Part shown: piece by piece, positions 53,304 through 64,000 of the stretch | Layout: each line of letters opens with the position of its first letter | Position numbering within the stretch: the first letter of the stretch is position 1 | DNA from: Octopus vulgaris | Lineage: Eukaryota | DNA: 64,000 bases | Assembly (NCBI GenBank): GCA_951406725.2 | Contig: OX597814.1 | Span: 224,998,001-225,062,000 of the forward strand | Direction of reading: 5' to 3' | Made by a program: the position numbers and the translations under genes | Notes under the pieces: model-generated | What the model saw: the letters and a program-made list of their open reading frames with translations, nothing else | Database searches by the model: none | What the model was told of the DNA's origin: nothing

Positions 53304-54345
53304 TGCAACAGTGCTTGCTCTCTGAGAGAAAACGCCGAGTTTGAGCGGAATCCTGCTAAGAACTGTTAGTAGTAGATCTATGAGACATAGTTTCAATTAT
53401 AGAAACAGCAACTTTCATTAGTTATGTTGATGTTACAAAAGTGGCTGAGGCACGTGATAACCGTCGCAATGACGCCAACCCACAGTGAGACGTTAATTCA
53501 ATCACGTGGGCAGAAGTAAATACCATGCAATTTAATGCTGGGAAATTTTAAGCTCTTTGCTATCAACTCACAAACATTTCACGTCCGGGATACGCAGGGT
53601 GTGGAAAGCGTGCAGTCCCAGAATCACGATTCGTACGGGGTCTAAAGATAAATACGATGCATATTCTCATGCACATGTTATTAAGATGCTATCGATATGC
53701 AAAAGATTGGCGAGACGGATCCTGAAATCTTTGAGTAGGAGGGAGTGGAGAACCAAGCATCTGATGTGGAGGCCGTTTGTACTCAGCCGTCTGATGTACT
53801 GGTTTCCAATTATAGTGCTCAAAAAGATGAGATTAATAGCAGATGTTGAAGCAATCTAGCAATGCATCACAAAGAAAATCACATCAGCGTAGCATCGAAA
53901 CCACTATAAGAGGATTAAAACGCTACAACTATTCTCTGGAGATAAGACGGGGAAGATATGCAGTGATCTACTCATGGAAAATAATTGAAGAGCGCACCAA
54001 ACTTCAGTATTTAGAACTATACTAATACTCCAAATATTCACCACTGTATAACTGGGAAAGTCCCATCCTTCCTATCGAAAGTCAAGGCCATAGTCTACGG
54101 TTCAAATGGGCATACCTTTCCAATATCTTGCCAAAGAAATTGAGACATCTATGTGGAATAGATGTAAATGTATTCAAGAGGCACCTGGATACTTTACTAT
54201 CTTCGGTTCGAGACAGATCAACAGCATGGGAAAAGGCGCAACTGAGGGAGGCAGCGTTAAACCCCTTCATTCAGATGAAGTTTGCCATAGTGGAAGCATT
54301 ACGATCACACAAGCAGTGGCGATGCTACGCCATGGGCTCAACCTT
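53300..54345 (+). mobile_element. Degenerate CR1-group LINE, 3' part of ORF2
   Basis: SYVDVTKV (from FADDTK), WAEVNTMQFNAGKF, LMWRPFVLSRL, YSLEIRRGRYAVIYSWKIIE, LPKKLRHLCGIDVNVFKRHLDTLLSSV. Confidence 0.75.
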
Positions 54346-55772
54346 CTATCTGGAGCTATGTGCGTGTGTATGTGTGTGGAGAAAGAAAGAAAGAATGAAA
54401 GAAAGAAAGAAAGAAAGAAAGAAGGAAAGAAGGAAAGAAAGAAAGAAAGAAAGGAAGAAAGAATGAGCAGGCATGGAAGTATAGCTGGGAAGTTCAGTTC
54501 GCAGCCAAACGACACAGTCCACTGCGTCGGTGCTAATACTTTGCGCAAGTGACTTCTAAAATAAGCACTGGGCTTCGCCAATGCCTTTTAAATGAATTTA
54601 TGGTTGACGGAAACTGCACGGAAGATCATTTTATGTACATCTGTCAATATGTGTATGTGTGTATGCGCGCGCAAGTGCATGTGTTAATCAAAGAAAGACT
54701 ATCACAAAGACTCGCGCGCGTACACACACGATCTGCTTAGTTAAACAACTCCACAGGAGAATTATTCAGTAATATACTGAAAACAGAGAACATAGATTTT
54801 AATTATTGTTATTTGACCACTAGCGGTACAAGAGAATCAGTAATTATAGATTCTTTCAATCATTATTGCATATATTCTATAATAACAAAATCCTATTGAA
54901 TATTCAATATAAATTTTAATCGATAACTTTGTAGAGAATTAATAACTTAAACTCACTGCTCCAAGGCATGGAAGAGTATTATTTGCAATGGACTAATAAA
55001 TAAAAACTGTTCAAGCGAACAATCCGAATTATATTTCTGAAGAAATAATATTATAGTGTAATATTTATTTTCTCACCATATAATTGCAATATACATACGA
55101 TGCGTGCGTGTGTGTGTGTGTGTGTGTGTTAATTGGTTCCCTTGACAGCTACTACCAATGCAGATCAGAGCAGCCTTGGTCGTGCTGGTTGTGGTGGTGG
55201 TTGTGGTGGGTTGTAGTGATTAAGAGGTAAGGTGTAGGCGTAGTTGTACGTTTAAGAAGTTCTCTTCACAACCACGTAGTTTCGGATTTAGTTCCATGAG
55301 TTGCCCTTTAGGCTGCTGCCTTTTAACTGTAGCCCCGCTGAACAATGTCGAACAATGATTTGAATGTGATTGACGGAAACTTTGGAAATGGAAAATAGAA
55401 GTCTTTGACATTTCGAGCCTACGCTCTTCTACAGAAACGAATGAGGAAAGAAAACAATAGGGAAAAACACGTGTCTGGATGTATGTATGTGTGTTAACAC
55501 ACACACACACACACACACATATTTATACATACATACATGAATGTATGTGTGTGTGCGCGCGCACTTTTTTGAGTTTACCTCACCGCTTAGCAAAACAACA
55601 ACTGTTGGATCCTCTAACCTACTAGTTAGGCCGAAAGAATATAACAAAATACATAGCAGACCGAAAGCAACTACTAAGTCGATTTGTTTGACTAAAAACA
55701 TTGAAGTTGTGCTTCAGTAGGACCGCAGTTGAGTAAATGAATCAAAAGAAAGACAAAAATAATAAGAAAATA

Positions 55773-56962
55773 TTGGGTTGTCCGGAAAGGCAAGACAAAG
55801 GTCAATAAATACTTGCCATTACATTTTTAATCAACTACATATGAACCATTTAGTCACAAAATGCGTCTCCAGCTTTCCTTTAACTTGAAAATACCCTCCT
55901 CTCAGAATTGAGGTGGTTTCATGGCAAAGAATTCATCAAGGTATCTTTTTATGTCATCAAAGGAATTAAAATTTTTACCATTAAGACTTTTCTGCAGAGA
56001 CCTGAATATGTAGAAATCCGAAGGAGCAATATCTTGTGAATATGGAGAGTGGGGTAACACATCCCAGCCGAGCTGCAGCAATTTTTATCTGGTTCCCAAA
56101 GAAACGTGCGGTCTTGCATTATCATGTTGGAAAACAACACCCTTCCTGTTGGCCAATTCTGGATGTTTCTCTTGAATTGCTGCTTTTAACTCGTCCAGTT
56201 GTGTGCAGTATTTCTCAGAATTAATTGCCTGGTTACTTGGGAGAAGCTCATAGTACAGAATTCCTTTCCAATCCCACCAGACACAAAGAAAGACTTTTTT
56301 AGGGTGAAGACCCGCTTTTGGGGTGGCTAAAGGTAGCTCATGTCGTTTACTCCAGGGTCGCTTCCTCTAAACATTTCGGTAGATAATCCATTTCTCATCA
56401 CCTGTCACAATTTGCTTTAAAAAAGACGCGTTTTCATTCCGTTTATAAAGCGAATCACAGATGGAAATGCGATCCAAAAGGTTCTTCTTACTCAACTTAT
56501 GTGGTACCCAAACATCGTCGCGATTTGTGTACCCAAGCTTTACCAGGTGCTTTGGAACGACGATTTTGATAAGTTGAGGCTTTCTGCCAATTCTCGGGTT
56601 GTGCAATGTAGGTTATTCTCAATTAATGACTTGATTTGGTCATCATCTGTAGTGGATGGTCTGCCCGATCGCTCTTTATCAATAAGGCTACAATCTCCAG
56701 CTCGGAATCTTGCGTTAAGAATCTTGCGAGCCACTTCCGAACAGTTCTTTCGGATAAAGAAACATCACCGTAAACTGCGCATATTTCTTGAGTTGCATTA
56801 ACACAGGTTATAGGAACATAAAGCTGCTTCCTCGAAAAGAAAGCTTAAACTGTGCTCTAAATGGAGGTGTATTGAAATCCAATTTTATGGACTCAACCAT
56901 GTTCTAAAATAGGCCGAAATGTAAGCTACTATTAGTCGACACGAACTTTCCGGACAACTCAA
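55773..56962 (-). mobile_element. Mariner (DD34D) transposon with a disrupted transposase
   Basis: TA-TTGGGTTGTCCGGAAAG ... CTTTCCGGACAACTCAA-TA TIRs and TSD; RSGRP, WVPHKL, IVTGDEKW, QHDNARPH and PYSQDIAPSDFYIFRSL motifs with frameshifts. Confidence 0.92.
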
Positions 56963-57322
56963 TATTTATTCTTCTATTAAGCATTCGGACAGTTAGCGTA
57001 TATTGAGATATAGTAAAAGTCAATCGAGAAAGCACACAAGCATACCGAGGTCTTTCTCGCGTTATTTAGTAATAATTGCTTCTTCGTTATTTAGTAATAA
57101 TTGAGGTTTGCAAGAAAAGTGCGTATATTACGACGTGAAGCAAAGTCTATTATAAAAGTAAACAAATTATATAGCATGTCTTTGTACTTATGCACAATGC
57201 AGCATTAATCAGAAAAACAGAGAGAAGTTTAAATATTACAACACTTTAGCAGTGGGGGGGGGGGGGATTTGTAATCACATTCCTTGTCCGTGTTTCATGA
57301 GAATAAGAGAAACCTTCCTATT

Positions 57323-57680
57323 GGTGCAGGCGTGACTGTGTGGTAAGAAGCTTGTTTCCCAACCACATGGATCCATGTTCAGTCCTACTGCGTGGCACCT
57401 TGGACAAGCGTCTTCTATTATAACCCCGGACCGACCAATGCCTTGTAAGTGGATTTGCTAGACGGAAACTGAAAGAAGCCTGTCGTATATATATGTATAT
57501 ATGTATGTGTACCTTTGTCTACGTCCCTGTAACATAGCAGTTCGCCAAAAGTAACTGATAGGATAACTACTAGGCTTAAGAAATAAGTCCTGGGTCAATT
57601 TGTTCGACTAAAACCCTTCAAGGGCGTGCTCCAGCATGGCTGCAATCACATGACTGAAACAAGTAAAAGAGTAAAAAAAC
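57323..57680 (+). mobile_element. SINE family A with an apparent 10-bp TSD
   Basis: ATTGGTGCAG at 57320-57329 and 57681-57690. Confidence 0.88.
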
Positions 57681-57870
57681 ATTGGTGCAGTGTGCATTTT
57701 GCACTCATTTTCCTGCATATTGGAAACATAAACGTCATCTACTTCTATTCTTGCTATTTTTCAATAACCAGAATATTTCTCCCGAAATAAGTCGGCCATT
57801 TTATAAAAAGGTACATTAATCATAATCTTCCTTATGGTCTGGGTAAGTCAACAAAATCTGATAAAATTTA

Positions 57871-58084
57871 TTACTCTTTTACTCTCTTTTACTTGTTTCA
57901 GTCATTTGACTGCGGCCATGCTGGAGCACCGCCTTTAGTCGATCAAATCGACCCCGGGACTTATTCTTTGTAAGCCCAGTACTAATTCTATCGGTCTCTT
58001 TTGCCGAACCGCTAAGTGACGGGGACGTAAACACATCAGCATCGGTTGTCAAGCAATGCTAGGGGGACAAACACAGATACACAA

Positions 58085-58115
<31 letters not shown>

Positions 58116-58286
58116 CATATATACGACAGGCTTCTTTCAGTTTCCGTCTACCAAATCCACTCACAAGGCATCGGTCGGCCCGTGGCTATAGCAGAAGACA
58201 GTTGCCCAAGATGCCACGCAGTGGGACTGAACCCGCAACCATGTGGTTGGTTAGCAAGCTACTTACCACACAACCACTCCTGCGCC
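57871..58286 (-). mobile_element. SINE family A, full length, young
   Basis: Complete head to TAAAAGAG tail. Confidence 0.92.
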
Positions 58287-58288
58287 TG

Positions 58289-59804
<1,516 letters not shown>

Positions 59805-60617
59805 TATGTATACGCCTCTGCGTGTGAGTGTGTGTACAGTGAGCGTGTTCGCGCGCATGTGTAACTAAAAAAAATCAAATATGTTTTTGCTTCATCTTAC
59901 ATCTAAGCAAACACGTTACTAACGCATACAGGAATGCAATTATGTATCATCAATTTTTTATGGATAATCTTATGGCGCTGATGACATCATTTTGCTAGCT
60001 TTATTATATATTTACTTTTTTCATATCCACTATCTCTATTAATATTTTAGAAGCAGTTGTCCTGATATTAAAACCTTCGAATTTTATTCCAAAATTGAAA
60101 TAGTTATCAAAACTTTCTAAAAACGCATATATTCCATCTAGATTCCGATCAATAGTAGTAATAGATATCTCCAATTTTTACTTTATATTTATTTACATTG
60201 AAAAGTTACATTGTTAAAACATGTTCTGTCTATGCAAAATGATGTCAACATGACATTATCAATCGAGTTACCAAACGTGGCTTCAAAAGAACTTGAGTTG
60301 TTCGTTTCCTAATTTTAGCGAACATTTAATTATACTTACGTTGCAGGTGTTGTTGAAAAAGAAAGGAGAAAATATCTACATGAAAGGAATTAGCTTACAA
60401 ATTAATAAATCAAGTGGTTTTTGATAGAAATATAAAAGAATTTTTGTTTTATTCGTTTGTGCTCCTTCTCAGAATAATGACTGATGTAAATAATATGATA
60501 CAGTTTCAGTATCTCATTTTCACTTCAAGTGAATCACAGAGTTCTTGAAATTGCATTCTGTAAAGCAAAACCATAAACAACCGGTTTGCGAAAAGAACAA
60601 TAAGCAAAAATAAATAT

Positions 60618-61023
60618 GGGTGGCTGTGTGGTAAGTTGCTTGCTTACCAACCACATGGCTCCGGGTTCAGACCCACTGCGTAGAATCTTGGGTAAGTGTC
60701 TTCTACTATAGCCTCGGGCCGACCAAAGACTTCTGAGTGGATTTGGTGGACGGAAACTGAAAGAAGCCCGTCGTATATATGTATATGTATATATATGTAT
60801 GTATTTGTATATGTTTGTGTGGCTGTGTTTGTCCCCCCCAACATCGTTTGACAACCGATGGTGGTGTGTTTACGTCCCCGTAACTTAGCAGTTCGGCAAA
60901 GAAACCGATAGAATAAGTACTAGGCTTACAAGGAATAAGTCCTGGAGTCGATTTACTCGACTAAAGACGGTGCGACAGCGTGGCCACAGTCAAATGACTG
61001 AAACAAGTAAATGAGTAAAAGAG
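60618..61023 (+). mobile_element. SINE family A, full length
   Basis: Reverse complement of 57871-58286. Confidence 0.92.
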
Positions 61024-61037
61024 TATATATATATATG

Positions 61038-61104
<67 letters not shown>

Positions 61105-61291
61105 AAGTTGAAGGTATGAAGCAGGTAAAATTCCGACTACATATGTTTCCTAGCTCGCAGAATCTTGGAAGTAATAATTACTCAATGAGGGTTACTCCAC
61201 TAGCTACTCATTATTCTGGAGATACCTTAGTTAAATGAAGGTTACGTTGCCGTCAAGAGATCTCGAGTTAACACGCCGGAGTGAAAAACAA

Positions 61292-61330
<39 letters not shown>

Positions 61331-61957
61331 TATAACACCACGCATCCTCTTCCAAGTAAGTTTTATCCTAATAATTTTGATGCGCACTCTATACGATCTT
61401 TTTACTCTTTCGATCTTCTCTCTCTTATTATTTTACCTCCTCTTCTCCCACTATTATGTCCTATTATTCTGTCACTCTCTCTCCCTCATTCCACCTTCCT
61501 TGCCTACGTGGCTCCCGCGTGACCATCGGCCATGTTTCTTTCCTCATCTAACCTGTGTTTCTTTCTTCTCACTGTTGTAGCTGGAACAAGGATGACGTGT
61601 TCTTGTCTGTCTCCTGTCCAAGCTTGATTTACGCATTGCCGCCACAACCTCGTTTAAGCTTAGCAGCCCTTCCTGCTTGTTTCACTTACCCGTTTGAGTT
61701 ACCAATTATGATCCTCAGCAGAATCCTAAATTTTATTTAATTTGCTTTGCGGGAGCAACTGTTTTATCGAAAGCGTATATTGTTGTTAAATGCTCAAAAT
61801 ACGAGACTAGAAAAGCAGCCATGAACTGATGATTGTTCGTTCTTTATGTTGTTTTTTTTTTCCATTTGTATCTTTCGTTGTTCGATAAAATAGTTCGTAC
61901 TCCATGTACCCGTACTTCGTACTTTTTTGTTGTAAACGTTTCATGACACCCTGTGCC

Positions 61958-62280
61958 CACATATGCATATGTATATATATATATATATATACGTATAGAT
62001 GTATGTACATATACGTATGTATATATGCATATATGTATATATTATTTATATTATGATATATATATAGATATATATATGCAGATTAATATGTATATATATG
62101 ATTGAAAATTTCAGGAAGAAACGAAAAATGTAGATAACTCAGCAATCTTAACTGGTAAAACAGGTAAACACAAAGTTTTATAAGTAACATGAGAACACTT
62201 CCACGTGGGCTCCATTGGGTGCACGTGCACAGCACGTCTGGGCGATGCTGGATTTCTATTGTAATGATAATTTATGAACA

Positions 62281-62324
<44 letters not shown>

Positions 62325-62329
62325 GTATG

Positions 62330-62366
<37 letters not shown>

Positions 62367-62846
62367 ATATATATATATATTGTGTGTGTGTGTATATATA
62401 TATGTGTGTGTATGTATTTGTGCGTGCGTATATATATATATATATATATACATACACACATACATACACACAAATATACACGTATATACATACATATATT
62501 TATATGCATATATACATCTATATACACACATATGTATATACATATATATATATATATATACATATAGATATGTATACATATATGCACACATGCACACATT
62601 CGCACACACCCTCATACACAAATGTATTTATATACATACGCATACATGTATACAAACCTACATATATACACATAGAAAATACATTACATTCAAATATACA
62701 CATGATACACTCATGTAGTATATAATATGTGTACATACATACATGCGTACACACATACATTCCTACATACATACATAAATACATACATATATTTATGTAT
62801 ACATACATACATACATACATACATGCATACATACATACATACATAC
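61958..62846. repeat. (TA)/(TG)/(CATA)n compound microsatellites with a short non-repetitive interruption
   Basis: Seen directly. Confidence 0.88.
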
Positions 62847-63808
62847 AAGGAATTGCGTGTGATTATTAGAAATGCAAATTAGCACAATCGAGTAAAAACG
62901 CAAGCATTTAAAAACTTCGGAACATCTGTTTCAAAAATTTGAGACTTAATTTTATATACATTGTAACAGCTGTCAACATCTGCAAACTTATTTCCTCTAT
63001 GCTACTTTTTAATTTATTAGATTGTCTTCATTAAATTCTTAAAACATATACATCCTATTATTTGTTTTTGAAGTTACCGAATACAATGTTCAAATTACTG
63101 AAGAAGGAATAACAGTTATAATGAGTACCAAAAGAAGCAGCTGTTTGAAAGTCTTCTCTGCAATATGGACTCTTCAGAAGTGTTATTCCTGACAAAAGAA
63201 CTGTGAATTCCATTAACGAAACCAAAAACCAGTACAAGTGGTGAGAAATTTTACCCCTTAAAAATAAGAACACTTCCACTGAAGGCTTTTACGTTGTTTC
63301 CGTTTAACAAATTCAGCTTACAAAGCATTCGTTTACTCGAGTCTACGTTTGAGGACGCCTACCCATGGTGTTGTATTGTAGGATTAAAACTCCAAACCAT
63401 GTTGTTAAGAAAAAATTGATGTTACTAATCAGAAAACTATAATTCGGTGTGGATTAGAAATTTAAAGATAAGTTGCTGGACTGAAATTTGGGAAATTCCA
63501 GTGAAAAACCATACAAAATAACGTCCTTCTCAGTTAAAACATCGTAGAGTGAGAAGCAAATAAGACTTATCATACTGGGGAACTGATTAATTTAGACCAA
63601 TCAAAATCATTCCAAAGCTGACCATCACCAATAGAAATTTAATCTTCACTTTTGCAGTGTTCGGTTTGTTTGCCAACATTGAAAAATAAGCTATTACAAT
63701 CTTTCTCGCCTTTTATTCACTTTCTCGATAACCAGATAACTCAATATACATAAATTTCTTCGTTACCACTTACAGTCTATCAATTTTCGCCGTTTTCTCC
63801 CTCTGCAG

Positions 63809-63887
63809 TTGGTGAAAATTCACTTCCGTGAGTGATACGTTTCATGCGCTGTGTGTTCAGGACGTGCCCGAAGGTTCTCATTATCAG
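63809..63887 (+). other. Candidate host exon (UTR or first coding exon)
   Basis: TTTTCTCCCTCTGCAG| acceptor and CAG|GTAAAT donor; stops in all three frames in the 5' part; ATG at 63845 is open to the donor. Confidence 0.25.
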
Positions 63888-64000
63888 GTAAATATGATAA
63901 CTCAGACCCAAAATCATTATGGCAATAAAGAAAGCTACTTTTGAAAATACAATTGTCTCCTAGGTTTTTTCATGCTAAGGTATATTGTGGAAGCACTCCG

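Noticed and set aside
57060-57103. 19-bp direct repeat (also a 17-bp one at about 46416-46449)
   Set aside because: Ordinary slippage or repair micro-duplications with no further structure
63074-63240. Candidate coding exon bounded by AG and GTGAGA
   Set aside because: All three frames contain stops and the acceptor (GAAG) is weak

Overview
AT-rich eukaryotic non-coding DNA packed with microsatellites and transposable elements. The SINE families resemble those of octopus, so the source is probably a coleoid cephalopod (inference). No host protein-coding gene can be supported, and most ORFs in the track are microsatellite artefacts. Real coding signal comes only from mobile elements: (1) a near full-length R4/Dong-clade RLE retrotransposon (20793-24743, minus) plus three 3' fragments, all ending in (TAA)n arrays; (2) two copies of a Tx1-like (L1-group) LINE, both inserted in the same phase of an (ATCT)n array; (3) Hero-like and CR1-like LINE fragments; (4) a mariner and an intron-bearing Tc1 with TIRs and TA target duplications, plus DD37D/maT fragments; (5) a composite head-to-tail non-autonomous Helitron; (6) more than 20 tRNA-type SINE copies from three families. 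The least expected signals are the (ATCT)n-specific Tx1 element and several minimal Penelope-type hammerhead ribozymes. One hammerhead is canonical; another family carries a compensatory G3-C8 core swap and occurs twice, once in each arm of a ~280-bp palindrome.
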